Program-made: the position numbers and the translations under genes | Source: Marsupella aquatica | Lineage: Eukaryota > Plantae > Marchantiophyta | NCBI GenBank assembly: GCA_973895155.1 | Contig: OZ316894.1 | Span: forward strand, 24,860,709-24,924,708 | Length of the DNA: 64,000 nt | Reading direction: 5' to 3' | In this document: positions 1-13,600 of the stretch, piece by piece | Layout of the letters: every line of letters begins with the position of its first letter | Position numbering within the stretch: position 1 is the stretch's first letter | Notes under the pieces: generated by a model | Told to the model about the DNA's origin: nothing | Seen by the model: the letters and a program-made list of their open reading frames with translations, nothing else | Databases searched by the model: none

Positions 1-167
1 AGGTATCTCTAATAATTTTGTTTTCTGCTGTATTGTAAAAGCAACGTCCTTCCGTTCGAAGGAACTTACCGGACTAGAATAATTGTTTGCGAATATTATT
101 GTCAGGAGTATGCCGTTAGTAGGTCAATTCAACATATATCAACCCTAAATTTCAATTCCACTTGCAG

Positions 168-229
168 GAAAACCAGTGGGCAGGGGCAGGGGAAGAGGCA
201 GAGGAAGAGGCCGTGGTCGTGGACGGTAG
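168..229 (+). CDS. SmD1: Last coding exon of small nuclear ribonucleoprotein Sm D1 (gene starts upstream of the window; intron 3-167)
   Basis: AG|GTATCT donor at 2/3 and TTGCAG| acceptor at 167. Spliced frame G|GA AAA CCA GTG... reads GKPV(GR)8-stop (TAG 227-229), the characteristic plant SmD1 C-terminal tail. Too short to appear in the ORF track. Confidence 0.85.
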
Positions 230-1278
230 TTGCACCCGGACTGTTATTTTGTCTCGTGGGGAAGTTGTGATTTCTTGCTTAGCATCTCTTGTAGGGAATC
301 TACTCATCGTTTTCCACATGGTAAGCTGGGTGAGTGCCACAGTGCAATTTACCGAGGCTCTTTTGTTTTCCAATCTTGAAGAACTTGAAACAGTAGTCTA
401 CCAGTGGAACTCATTTCTGAGTGTTGAATGTGCACTGTTAACTGAAGCGGTGGAACGGATGCACGTGAGCTAGGTAATGGCTGAAGCTTTCTCTTCTCGT
501 TTTTAGATCCAGCATGACCTCCCACTCAAATGTCTGAAAGTAGTGTGAAACTTTCGATTTTTATCAAGGAGAATGTGCCACCTGCGGAAGCACCGGCTGG
601 GGGGATGAGTAAAGCACTAGTTGGATATCATCTGAGGCGTGTTTACTCCAATTGGCTGGTGCAAATGAGTATTGCAGATTTTGAGGTCATGCAGTCACAT
701 GGTGAAGCCTGACAGCAGATTTGTGTCGGTTGCTTCGTAAGTAAGTTACAGGTGAAAATTTTGAAGTTTAGCTCAATCTGTTTAAGTGTTCAATGTAAAT
801 GGTTTATTTTTCTTAAGCTGAAGTTTGCAGAGATTTGCCGATATGTGACTGGGACCGTCTACCCTCAATGTTTGGTAGTTACTCCTCACGACAACGAGGA
901 ACTAAATATTTCAACGGTATGCTACTTCTCGGCCCCTCTGGCGGTGGATGGAAGAGAGTGCCTAAGTGTGTCAGACCTAGTTAACCATATTAGCGGCCGC
1001 TGGATGAGCGTTGACTGATGATAAAGGACCGTCTAAAGGATCCTTTGGAAGTGAAGTGAGAAACCGAAGTTTGACTTGAGCTCGAGAAGATCTATAGCAA
1101 TCGAGCAATCATATGCTTCATCCTACATCTGGAGTTACACTGAGTAAAGAAGTTTACGTAGTTGGCATTATTTCTGGCAGTAATGGCAGGGAACGTGTAG
1201 ATTCTGAATTCCTCTTTGTAAGGTAAGGGAAGTCAATATTTGAAACCCCCCAAACATAATCATACTAACAATACTTAC

Positions 1279-3140
1279 ACACCCGGTACAAGAATTTGAA
1301 ACTTTGTTGAAAGCGCACATGTAGTGTAAACATTAACATCGCCCGGATGGTAGAACCCTGTCCGATGGAAAACCTGAGAATATTTGGACTGAAAGACAGT
1401 TGGAAGCCTGAGTTTGGAAACCCTACGAAATCGATTTATGAACTCAATTGCGAGCACGGTTTAGAGTCTTGAAGCCTTGGAGCGTTTGTGGGTAACAACA
1501 TAGCCTGGGCTGATAGGATAACGAAGGACCTACAGTACTGGATAATCTAGGGAACTGTTGTTCCAGCCTGGTATTTTGACAGGATTAAAAATTGCAAGTT
1601 TGATAAGTCCATCTTCGTAACGCTCTACACAACTGGAGGTCGAGTTCACTTCGTATGAGCCAGTTTCTGCCTGTTGTGAATCAATTACTCGTTCTGGGCA
1701 ATGATGGGACCTGCGGATTGTAGATGTGAAGCACGTAGATGTGTGCTTGTAGGTGATGTTTGGATGGTCCCCAGAAGGTGGCGACCATCAACCCAGATCA
1801 TTGCTATTCCAGCGAATCGTTTGTTCTGGTATGCGTTACTGCTGGGGAAAATGCTTACTATGGTGGTTCACAAGCAACTGCAGTCACACTCATTGCTTTG
1901 CATTCAGGCTTGATTGTTTCCAGTAGCTGTGCCATCCAAACCTGTGAAATCTGGGATTGCAGTCTGCACCAGTAGGTTAGTGTTTTGGGTAGCAAGCCCA
2001 GATTAATCTTGAGTCGTTACCACGTAAATCTGTCACCACTGAAATCGATGACAAAGCAATCGGGAGTCTGCTGATGTGGGCTTTGCTCCAAATTGCCCCA
2101 TTACGGATAGCTTCTTAATTGCTCTGACGTCTTATAATTTTAACAACCGAGCATCCATTTCTCATGGAATTTACCTTGAACAAGAAAACATCCCGAAGAC
2201 ACCGGTACAGGGTAACAGGTCCCGGCACAGGGTTTTTGCAGAATTTTTGCAGAGGAATTGCTTACGGGGGATGGGTTGTTCAGGTCCGTTTTACTTGCTC
2301 TAATTATATTGTAAATTTGTAGGAGTGCACATTTCATAAAACATTTGTGATCCAGTCCAAACCTGCAGTGACATAGACTCTCGCTCAAGCCTGTCTGTTG
2401 AAGGCAGGGCTCAACCACCAACAATCCTGGGTTTGCCCTTTTACTATCAAATTAATAGAGCATGTCCCTAGACGGACCGATGCAGAATTTGGAGACCAGA
2501 TGCAAGTATTGCACGTAAGATTGCCTGTTGCATCCCATGGGCGGAAGAATACCTATGGTAGATTGCATGATTACGGGGTCTGTAGGCTACATGTCCCAAT
2601 TTGAAACATTCCATGGAACCTTACCAGGAGTAAAGGTAAAATGACAGAAGTTTAGGTCATGTGAAGGAAGTTTAGAAGAAACACGATCTACTGGCAAGGT
2701 TGCTTGTAGTGGTGGTCCATATATGAAAATATGAAGATACAATTTTATGTCACACAACATGGTGGAATGGGTTGGATAGGCCTACGCTTGAAACTGTGCT
2801 TGGATAGGCCTATGCTAGTCAACTATGAGAAGTTAAGTGGGCACAGAAATTGCCGAATGAGTGGACACAATAAAGAAGAACCCATAGTCAGATATCTTTC
2901 GGTGATCTTTTTGAGAAAGATGACCCAGTGCAACTCATTGAGTTGCTGACAAGATTTATTTTCCTGGGATTTTCTCACGACATTACTAATTCTGCAAAAA
3001 CTCCATGGAGGGGGGAAGGTGCAGAAATACTCCAGGATAACTGGCACAGGGACATCCTCCAGAAAATTGTCTTGGCCCAAGCAGAAAGATTGGAATGCCA
3101 AATGTCCACCAGACCTGTTGGTATTTCAGCTCAGGATGGC
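1279..3140 (-). pseudogene. Unidentified decayed coding sequence with splice-site-like boundaries (pseudogene or TE gene relic)
   Basis: A minus frame from ~1830 to 1279 reads ~180 codons with only ~3 stops (…HCPERVIDSQQAETGSYEV…VLAIEFINRFRRVSKLRLP…QILVPG) and ends at a GTAAGT donor. Further stop-interrupted frames lie at 2173-2620 and 2960-3140. No family recognised. Confidence 0.3.
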
Positions 3141-4259
3141 TAGTACCTCAAATCCGGTTCCATCTATCAAAATCTAATCCTTTTGCACGTAGTAGTTGAT
3201 AAACCCTGAGGTTATCAATTAATTAATAATTTTTTGGTGGGGACTTGCCTGTCCACTTAAAGCCAGCAGCTCAACCCAATCAACATAATTCACTTTCCAA
3301 GTGAGGAAGAAGGATGATAATTTATGTGCATTTTGAGGGGTATCAATAGGACTATTAGAGCTCGGGAGGCAAAATGCTTGCCTGAATCAGATTATAGTTT
3401 CATTTTAATTTGTGGACATGTGTCAATATCCTGTGTATCAGAATGTAAAACTTCCAGGTGATGAAGCGGTTAAGAGGTCACTGAAAGTTGGACTTGGAAA
3501 AGCCAGAATGAAAGAGAAGTGACCATCTCACAAATGTAGAGAAAGCTTTGGTGCTCCCTAAAAATTAAGTGGATAGTCAGGCTGTCAAGTTGAACTATCA
3601 GTTTTTGAGTCAATCATTGTTTTTCACCCAGTCAAAACCAACTGGATAGTCCACCAGGTTGAATAATCAATTTGCCCAGTTTTGTACAAAATAGTTCACG
3701 ATTTGTGGTTCCAATGACTTGAAAAACGTTCTGTTTGAGACAAGGTTTGAGGACTTTGAGTCAAAATCAATATCTCATTGAGGGGAGTTCTGGTTTACAA
3801 TGAAGGGATGTCAATAAATTGGAAAGTTGATTTTATAAGGTGTGTTCCTGATCAATTACGAGCTCGTATGGAAGTTCAGATTACTGCTGTTGTGAATACT
3901 TTCAAGATGTTGGTTTCAAAGCATCCTGTTTTCAATGTTAATGAGCCTGGTCCTCATCCATTGTTCCTGAAGTCTTGCATGAATTTCAAGGTAGGTAAGT
4001 ATGTCTGGTTTCCAAAGCAGCTATTTGGAAAGAACTCTCTCCCTTCTTATACTATATTGATGATTGCTAATGTTTTGGAGTTGGAAGGGAGAGGGTAACA
4101 AACTGTTTGCTAGTTATAATACTCCTATAACATAGCTAGAGGAAGGTGTCATGCAGCCTGAATTTGGAGTAAGGATTTTTGGGCTTATATGCACTTCAAG
4201 GTACAAGAAGTTTACCATTTTTTTATAAACGGAGGAGCACAAAAGCCTCTAGTCAATTG

Positions 4260-5075
4260 CTAGGGCATAATTGAATGTGGTGTTGCATGCAGAAAACAAG
4301 GACTGGTGCAAATCATTGATGAAAGTGAATAATAGGGAATCTTTCTTTGCAAGGCCTTTGGGGACATGAGGGGCAAATCATTGATGAATGTGAATATGAG
4401 GGAAGATGCATTTTGCAAGGCCTCTCGGGGCATAATTGAAAGTGGGGGTGCATGCAAAACGCAGGGAAGGGCAAGCAAGTCATTGATGCACATGAATAAC
4501 AGTGAATTTTTTCTGGCAAGGTCGGTCCGTTTTGTCCTCATCTATTTACATGCTCAAAGAACAGGCACTGGGATCGGTGGCAAGGAGTCATTGATGAACA
4601 TGAATAGTAGGGAATTGTTTCTTACAAGGTCGGTTGGTTTTGTCCTCATATATCTTTAGATGTATTCAAAGACCAGGCAGTGAGGCTAAAGGATTGGGGA
4701 GCAAGCAAGTCATTGTTGAAAGTGAATAGTAGAGAATTGTCTTTGCAAATAATAATGAAAGACAAAGAACCACATATTTTTCAAAAAGTACAACGAAGGG
4801 AAAGCAAAAGAGGTCAAAGTAGATGAACACTAAAGAAGAGGCAAATGCAACCCAAAAAACCAGGAAAACTGCTAGGAAATTGTTTTTTGCAAAGTCGTTC
4901 GTTTTTGTCCTCACCTCTATTAGTTCAAAGAAGAGTCAGTCACTCTAGTGTCTATGGAGAAAACAGGGATTGGGCAGCAAGTCAGTCATTGATGAACAGA
5001 CGACAGGGATTGGGCTGCAAGCAAGGCATTGATGAACACAAAACAGGGATATGGTGGGTGGCAAGCAAGTAATTT
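4260..5075. repeat. Degenerate tandem repeat array with core GCAAGCAAGTCATTGATGAA
   Basis: The motif (c/g)aa(g/a)tcattgatgaa recurs at ~4310, 4375, 4475, 4585, 4705, 4980 and 5020, with shared flanks (gtgaataatagggaa, ggtcggt..gttttgtcctc). Confidence 0.7.
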
Positions 5076-5201
5076 ATGAAGGGAATAAGAGCTATTTATT
5101 TTTGCAATGTGTATTTCTTTTCTATTTTCTCCTCATTTCTGATTATGTAAGTCCAAGGAGGGCAGTCAGGCTGGTGAACCACAGCTGTAAACTGTGTTTG
5201 C

Positions 5202-5322
5202 GTGTAGAAAGTATCCCTTGGCTGTCCTCCAGATCGAAAACTCTATGTGCAGTTAAAGAACCACAGGTGTAGAAAGTACCCCTTGGCTGTCCTCCAGACT
5301 GAAAAACTCTATGTACAGTTAG
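5202..5322. repeat. Two-copy direct repeat of ~55 bp
   Basis: gtgtagaaagta(t/c)cccttggctgtcctccaga..gaaaactctatgt(g/a)cagtta at ~5202 and ~5267. Confidence 0.8.
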
Positions 5323-5599
5323 CTCTCTCTAGGATGCTCTGGGGAAGACCGATCCAGCATGCACTAAACCAGGTGTTGCATTACTTGATAAGCGCACACC
5401 ACTAAAAGGTGCACTTATCAGAAAGTGTCTATGATTTACATTATGTTCGCACGTGCACTGGGCCCCCTCGGCCAGTGAGCAGCCTTATACCTCGGATCCC
5501 TACAATAAATTCTGTGCTCAAACTCCCTAAGTGCAATTTTAACCCTATTAAGAATGGGCTTACATTTATCAGTAAATGGAATTTCATGGGGTTGTGCGT

Positions 5600-6010
5600 T
5601 TACAGTGCATATAGACGTCTATCAAGGGTTAGTGCTTGCGGCGTTGTTGTTTTTAGAAATGATTTCAGGCCAGTGCGTGCTTAGAAATGACTCTTAAAAA
5701 GAGTTTGTAAAATAAAGGGGTACAGTGCATATAAAGGCTTATCAAGGGTTAGCGCTTGTGAACTTCTCTTTTAAAGAAATGATTCCAGGCCAGTGTGTGT
5801 TTAGAAAAGACAATTAAACAGTATACCTTGCAAATCTGGCAAAATAAAAGGGAAGAACAGTATACCTTGCAAATCTGGCAAAATAAAAGGGAATAACAGT
5901 ATGCCTTGCAAAATCTTGCAAAATCAAAGGGAAATACAGGATGCCTTGCAAAATGAAAGGGAAAAGAAAAGGGAAAAGAAAAGTGAAATAACAATATGCC
6001 TTGCAAATCT
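5600..6010. repeat. Direct repeat pair (~90 bp) followed by a ~39-bp minisatellite
   Basis: tacagtgcatat…tatcaagggttag…gaaatgatt.caggccagtg at ~5601 and ~5721. acagtat(a/g)ccttgcaaatct(g/t)gcaaaat.aaaggga is repeated 4-5 times at 5817-6010, with further decayed copies at 6370-6450. Confidence 0.8.
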
Positions 6011-6540
6011 TGAACTTAAAGCTGGGATAGACACAAACGTTTGAGAAAAAGCCCTGATGGACAAACACAACCTGGATGGACACAGAACAAACTTAAGATT
6101 GTGCTTGTATAACATGCTTTTCACTTGTGCTCCATTGGTGACCTCTAAGGAGCTGTCGGACCAGGAGCAGGAGGTTTTTGGTTGTTTCTTCCCATAGTCT
6201 ATCCAGTCAGGAGCAACGGAGGAGGACGTACTTAACTTAATGTCTAAATCTCGGTTAGCTTCCGTTCAACCCGGATGGACACAGCCTGTTGACACTGTAA
6301 CACCAATCCCTAATGACACCCAAAATGGATTACAGGTGTCCAAAGGTTTGTGTCTATCCCGGCTTTAAGTTCTGCAAATCTTACAAAATAAAAAGTAAAT
6401 TGATTTGCAAAATAAAAAGAAAATACAGGTTGCCATGCAAAATAAAAGGGTAGGACAGGAGTGTGCGCTTAGACAGAGCAGCTCAGACATGTCGACTGTA
6501 TATTGTTTGTCACACAAATCCCTTTTTTCGCCTCGACACC

Positions 6541-6680
6541 GAAAGACGATCATCTTTGCAGCCTGTCAGACGATCATCTTTGGATAATGTCACGCACATT
6601 CCTTCCGTTTTGCGTTGAAGCTGAAAGACGATCATCTTTGCGGCCTGTCAGACGATCATCTTTGGGTCATGTCACACAGA
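6541..6680. repeat. Nested direct repeats of AGACGATCATCTTTG (4 copies)
   Basis: gaaagacgatcatctttgc(a/g)gcctgtcagacgatcatctttgg at 6541 and 6623. Confidence 0.8.
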
Positions 6681-8232
6681 ATCTTCCTTTGTTGTAAAGC
6701 TGCATTCTCAAGGCAAAAAAGAATCGAGTTGTATCAACTAATAATGTTTACTAGTCTGTCGTCAAGGTTTGGTCGCCCCTCGTGGGCTATGATTTGTATG
6801 ATTTCTATCGATGCTGATTCTCCTTTCGTTATAAAGCTGAATTTTGGGAAGGGGCAAGAGAAGTCTCCGTCGCATGAATGATCAGTTTAGTAGTAGTACT
6901 GACTCCTGTAGGTAAGGAAATGGTGTTTCGCTGTGGGTGTGTGCCTGTGTAGGCAGCAATCCCTCTCTCCGACATTGCCGTTGGGTGTGCAAATGTTAAA
7001 CGCATTGTGCGAAAAAGTTGTAGAAAGGCATTGAATCTCTGCCGCAGACTGGGGCGAAAAGTAGCGGTGAGACTGAATTGCATGCACGGAAAAAAGACAA
7101 AAGAATTTCTTCTCTCTTCTCTCTCTCTTCTGGAGTCCGGCAGAGTCCTGAGTCCTGACGAGCATCCGCCTAAACAATTATTTCGTACTTCTCTGCAATT
7201 CATTCGCAAGAAACACCTCTGACCACTTTCTGCCATAAAACTAATAAAATAAAGACGCTAAAGTACTGTTCGTAGTTGTTAGTCACGCACTGGCCGTCGT
7301 CGCTGCGGTCATGCCAGCTCCTCTCCAATTGCAAGAATTTCAGCTTCTCCCTAACTGTTAGGGTTGTTACACAGTTTTGGTACTGCAACAGTCATTTGTC
7401 CGGGTACAGAGGACGTTACTGTTGCTTTCGGTCGCGCTGGTCCGTCAATCTCTCATCTTCTTTTCAGAGGATTTCTACAACATTCAGCGAGCCCACCCTC
7501 CCATTCGATCGCTGCAGCAATCTCTATCGGTTTGCCGTCTGCGCCCCCCTCGTACGGGACAGTGGGGCCGATATTTCAATTCCTTCATTCTACCCCGAGG
7601 CCCTAGAACGCTAGAGCTTCTGCCCGGCTCGATGAGCCCAATGATTATTAAGAACAGTTTACCCCTCTTCGAGTATTTTTGGAGCACAATCGTCAACAAC
7701 ATCCACAACAACAAGTCCTGTCCCTTCCATAGAAATCCATCCAAGCGTCACCACCGGCGTGGCGTCCATGTTCGGTCGAATTGGGAGCGGCCCTAGCTAC
7801 TGCGCTACAGTTCTGTGGTTCAGGGTTTAGTCATCTTGCGTCATCCGAAATCCTGCCCGCGCCCCAACTTCTATGCCCTTCCAGGCTTCCATGATTGAAT
7901 CTATCCTTCCTCACTTACTGTAGTTCCATAGCTCCATCCCGTCCCGCCTCTATCAAGTCTCAACTTCCCTGTCCCGGCCGACTACTGATTCTGATTGACA
8001 GTACAGTCCGGTCGAATGCTGAGTTGACAGTGGACTGCGTGATCCAAATTGCTCGTGGCTTAGCGTTACCCACAACCGCAAATTGCTTACAAGGAATGGA
8101 AAAGCGCTTCTGCCTTTCTCATCCCCACCTCTCGGCTTCGCTATCCTCAGCCAGCCAGCCAGCCAGCCGACCACCGATGCCGATTGACAGAACTTTGCTC
8201 CCGACGATTCAAATGATTACTTTCCTCAACCC

Positions 8233-8332
8233 CGTTCGGTAGAGTGCTCCTGTAGCTTCAATGGTCGAAAACGATCACAGCTTCACACCGTTCGGTGGAG
8301 TGCTCCTGTAGCTTCAATGGTCGAAAACGATC
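8233..8332. repeat. Two-copy direct repeat of ~45 bp
   Basis: cgttcggt(a/g)gagtgctcctgtagcttcaatggtcgaaaacgatc at ~8233 and ~8289. Confidence 0.8.
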
Positions 8333-10409
8333 TCAGCCAGATTCACAGCCCACTGCCGCTCCTGATTCCAATTGACAGTGCTAATCATTCGCTCGATCCA
8401 CATCTCTTCCAGTCTTCCAACACTGTCTTGATGGTCCATCTACACTGCGTGCATAATGATCGATCGACACTGCTTGCAGTTTGCCGACTGCGGCCTGACG
8501 GCGATTGAGCGATGGACGGATGGGATGGGATCCTCGTCCCCACTTGCGCGCCCAGTACTACTACAGTACTGTACCTGACGAAGAGGAGAGGACGACGGCG
8601 ACGACGACGAGGCCTCAGCCCTCAGCCCTCAGGTCTCAGGCCTAAAGGCCTAATGGCCTGACTGAGGGAGGGACTGAGCCCTGAGGGCCTTCAGCACTAG
8701 TGCAGCTTCCGTGACCTGATCAGTACTACTGTACTTTAACTGAATGACCCAGGGCAACCGACACAGGAGAACCGCCGCCTCTGTGCCGTCCGATCCCGCA
8801 ACTTGCACGGCCGTAGCTGCGTCCTGTCCCCCTGCATTGTGTTTAGTCAACTTAATGCCATTCGGCCACTCGGGTAATTGTTTTGCGTTTTGTGTATATG
8901 GTAAAGTCAGTTTACAGGACATTAAGTCTCTGGGAACGAAACCTAATTACAGCTAAATGCCTGAGAGATTTGTGTGTTTACTAGGGTGTCTTAAATATAA
9001 GAAAAGGCATTTAACGAGAAAATTGAACCTTGCAGATGGCTCGCAATGCACTTGGGTGCATAGCAACAGTGTATAAACAGGCTGTCATCTACTGGGGTAG
9101 ACAAATATGAGTGGGGTCATGGCACTTTATGTGATTGAGTTTCCTGCAAACATTGGGACCTCTTATGATTCTTGGGCATGACTGGTCAAGTGTGGAGTTT
9201 GAGAGTATTTGGATGGTGGTCAGTTAGGCTAAACTTCTGGTTGGTAAACTACAGATTCATGTAAAGTCACCACAAATTTTCAGACAATGGAAAGGCAATG
9301 TTGTTCCTCAGCGTGCGTGCATGAAGGGCTCCCCCACCCAAAAGTTTCAGCCAAGAATGGAAAGAAAATCAGGTTACACAGCTTGTGGAGTTCCCCTTCT
9401 GGCTTCTGGCTTTCCGCACACCAAGAACAAAACATTAAAAGAAATGGAATTTTTGAAATGTGTGCATACTTGGTTATTCTGAGTTTATTGCCATTGGAAT
9501 CGAATCTCCCTAGCTCAAACTCCCAGGCCAACCTTTCCCAGCTCCAAGGATTGCCGCACTGTAGTGCCATCCGGTGTGCTCAATAAATACCCTTCTGGCG
9601 AAACGAGAGTTATGACTCAACCTAAATAAAAAACGCTGGCATTATAGTAGTCAATATGAAAAATGGCAAGTAAGTTGGCATTGTCATCCTAAACTATAAT
9701 ACATGCGCCTTTTTTTCGGTAATCGTCATTCAAAAATGCAGTGCCAACAAAAAAGGTAATCAATAAACACAAGGGATAAAACCAAAAACTAATTAAATAT
9801 AGAGTGGACCAAAAGTACTGTAAATTTTTTTTTAACACAAAGGGAATCAAATGGTGGAGACAAAAGACAAAAATGAAACTAATTCAATTGTATACACGAG
9901 TATCAAGGAGAAACATGATTGTACCATCATAGATACACAACAAAACAATATTGAGTGCACTATAAGTCACTATAATACCATTTACTCTAGAAAGGGTACA
10001 TTTATAAACTCAAAAAAAAAATGGGAACAAATCTTAGCTCTTAGTTGAAAATTTGTTTTTTTTGCAACCTCTCCATATCCCTATTAATCTCAATTACCTC
10101 TGCCCAAGCTAACCAAGCTACCTCTAGCCTACCCCCAAAGTTGACAAAGCTAACAATTTTATTCAATATTAATTAAAAACTAATTATTAAAATTGAGTTT
10201 TAAAGAATTGGATATTAGCCTTAAAGTTTTGGTAAAACTTGAGTATAAATAAAATGTATACAATATTAATTTCTCTAAAAAATTTAAAAACTAATTTTTT
10301 TTGTATCATTGGGTTGTGCTTGGACTCTATGCTACAGTGACCGTTATCTCGTGTCTCCAATTTCTATGTGCAAATGCATGAGTTGTTGAACACCACCACA
10401 ACAACTCTA

Positions 10410-10680
10410 CCTTGCCTTTACATCTCTCATCTCGCCTCACATTTACATCTTTATCTCATCAAGACAATTTTTTTCTCACCCTCGACATCTTTTAGGTCCT
10501 TGATTTTGTTTCTTTCCTCCATATATTTTCTCATCTGACTCGACATCTTTTAGGTCCTTGATTTTTGTTTCTCTCCTCCATATATTTTATCATTCACCTC
10601 GACATCTTTTCCTCACCTCTTTTCTTTCCTCAACATTTTTTCCTCATCTTTTCTCACCTCGCCATGTCCACTCCTTCTCT
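10410..10680. repeat. Pyrimidine-rich CTCGACATCTTT repeat tract, related to the tract at 31760-32000
   Basis: Recurrent ctcgacatctttt and tctcacct units; the same units occur at 31760-32000, upstream of a Helitron-like 3' end. Confidence 0.55.
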
Positions 10681-13600
10681 AGTTGCCTTGTAGGTGCACA
10701 ACTAAAAATTGTGTTAGTAATCATACCCATCATGCTATGGGCAGCAAAGCCATGGACCACCAAAATGTACTGCAGTCCACTGGAGCACTTTGTCCAACGT
10801 GGTGATCGATCCTGATTCCTGAGTTCAGTTTCTGAAAGTTATACTGGTGTTTCAGTTTTGGACATTAACAATGGTCGCAATGTAATAAAAGATACTTCTA
10901 AAATATTCTAAGTAGCTTAATATAGACGCAGCCTTTTCAGTTTAGACATTTATCGGAAAATAAAACAAGACCTTGGGAATAACTATTGTTTTATTATTAG
11001 GGGGAGAAAAAGCTCTGTCTTATTAATAGGTAGCTATATGCTTCAAGCTGGAGTAAAGTAGCTGGGTGGTTTCCTCAGATATCGTGCTAAACTGAAGATT
11101 GGAAACGCTGTCAGCAGACTCAGCACTTTTCATCAAAGGAACTGTAGATCACTTCATGATGACCATAGTCTAGTACTGGAGATATCTTGTTGACCGGTTT
11201 CCCTATGAGCTTTCCCCGTCGTTTTGCGTCTCGGCGGGAAAGGCCGGGGGAAAGGTGTATTTGTCTGCGGAGCGCCCGAGGTGAACTGGCCTCGCCGCTG
11301 AATTTCAGCGACACAACTCAACTGAACTGACAACTTTATTGTCTTTTTCTAGATATAGGTGTAGAAGAAAGTGACTATGTCTGGAGGTCTGGAGGACGAA
11401 CAGCTCGAATGGCAGGCTTGAAATCTGCTTTCTCACAAGGAGCCGTGAATCTTGGAGACCGTTTTTTATTGCTTTACTTTCTACAGTACAATTTGGTGAA
11501 GGAGGAACTGCAGATTTCTAATATTCAGTTTGGGTGCCGTCCGTCTGGTGGATTGCGTCTGATCTACGAGATTCTTCTGATGAAGTCTTGGAAAGAAAAT
11601 CCCAGTTCCTGTACTCCCAATCACATGGTGCGAGGAAGAGAGCTCAACCTTGTGGTCCTCGGCTCTGGGCATTGTCTCCCCTTTGTTAGCAGCACCACCG
11701 TATGCTGCGTTTAGTGATTCTTAACTCAAAATTTCCACGGCGAAAGAAAAGGTCTGCATGTAACTGCCGTGGGACAGCCTCTGGAAAGCTTCGATACACA
11801 CAAACTAGAAGTGACGTTTGGTCGCTGCGCTGCAAAAAGGGTTCTGTCTCTGGTTAGCTAAAGCCACTAACGATAGATATAAGGGTTTCTGAATACGTAG
11901 ATCCAATGCTATGAACTTTATGGCTCTCAGGAGGGCTCTGTGTCCTGGATTCGAAATGCTAATGATGCAATACGGAAGCTGCAGCCACGATATAAAGTAG
12001 GGCACAAATGGTACGTACATAAGCTGTGGTGTGTCTCAGTGTCTGTATGATATTTACGAAAATTAAGATGAGTGGCAATGCATGGTGAAGAGTAGTGACT
12101 ACCGTAGGCACTACAGGGTTGAGTCCATGGAATAGTTTCCTTCATCTTCAAATGAAGTGCTCTTCTCGAAGTGACTTGGAAAGATCTCGCGAATCAGTCG
12201 AATAACTAGTTTTAAAGTAAAATTCAAAGAGTTATTAATGTCTAGAGACTACTCATCACTAACTGTTCACACCGTGGGTTTAAAAAGGTTTTGACCAGCT
12301 AATTTTGACCGTTCACACTACAGGTTTCAGAAACTTTTTGAGTACTTAATTTTGACATTCTGTATCTCCCCTGATATCTAATGGAATCTGATTTTTCTGG
12401 TTTATTAGAAACTACTTGGAAATATACATAAGCATGACAGTCATATTTATTTGAAAATTGAGACCCGCACAAATTTTCAGACTGAGATGCTATCTACTTT
12501 ACTTTGTCACAATTCACTCCTACATGTAATATGAACAAAAAGGGGCTTCACTGCAATTTATTCATCTTGGTTGCAAAAGTATATCCAAGCATTTTGGCAA
12601 ACCTGTAGATAATCCCAACTTCAATTCAATTTCAACACGATAGGTTGCCAACCTAAGGTCGCTACTGAAGTACGTACACTAAAGTACATAGAAGCTACTA
12701 TAGATTGCGCGAGTGACATCCAGGTCAGTGAATACTAAGCAGCGCCGCTAGGTAAGCTTTTTGTTAGATGCAATAGTTAGACTGGAGGGATTGGGTGGTC
12801 GAGCGGGTGGGAGGCAGCAGAAATCTGTGCCACCTGGATAAGCTAAGGCGAGGCGAGCTGCGAAGACCGCGTTGCTACGGGTGCAGCTCGTAGATATCGT
12901 TTTGACCGTGTTTAATGATGACGACGTTGATAGAATTCTGAGCTACGTATAGAAAAGCTCTATCTGTACCACCTAGCCTCCAACTGCTTCGTTTGGAGCG
13001 TTGAAAAATTGTATCCAGAATGTCAGGCGATGGAGGGCGGGGGCTCATTTCACTTGTCCACAATGTCATATTCAGGCTGAGGTTAAAATCAGTCAGCCTC
13101 ACACGTGCTTTGTTGTGTGGATCTACGGAAAGCCACTCAAGTACTTGCTCCAAATCCCTTGGATTCGTTTTACTTTTCTTAACCAAACGGTTTGCCACTT
13201 TATGTTCTTTCGGGTGTGATATATTTTGCTAACAAAACGGCTTAGGGTTCATTATCAAGGCATCCTGCTTCAGATTAGGTCGATGTAATGCTTCGGGATA
13301 GGATAAACGGTCTTAGGAGTATATTTGCATGACAAGTGGCATCGTTGATTATCTTGGTCACTTTCTTGTGAAGTGATAAGTGATCTGGTATTAAGTGGGC
13401 AGGGTTAAGTGCAGGGGTAAAGTTACAGCGAGGATCAGACAACTGACCTTTTTCGGGTCTGAGCATGGATATAAATACGGGGCCTCCGCACCGGAATACA
13501 CATCATATCATTCGCCGAATTGTTTCGGACTTCAGAGATTGTTGAAGTGGGTCCAGGAGAACCGTAGCACCCTCTGAATGCAATCATTTTGAAGTGCGTT

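Noticed and set aside
162-473. 103-aa ORF with an acidic stretch
   Set aside because: Alternative frame over the SmD1 last exon and 3' UTR, with a non-ATG start.
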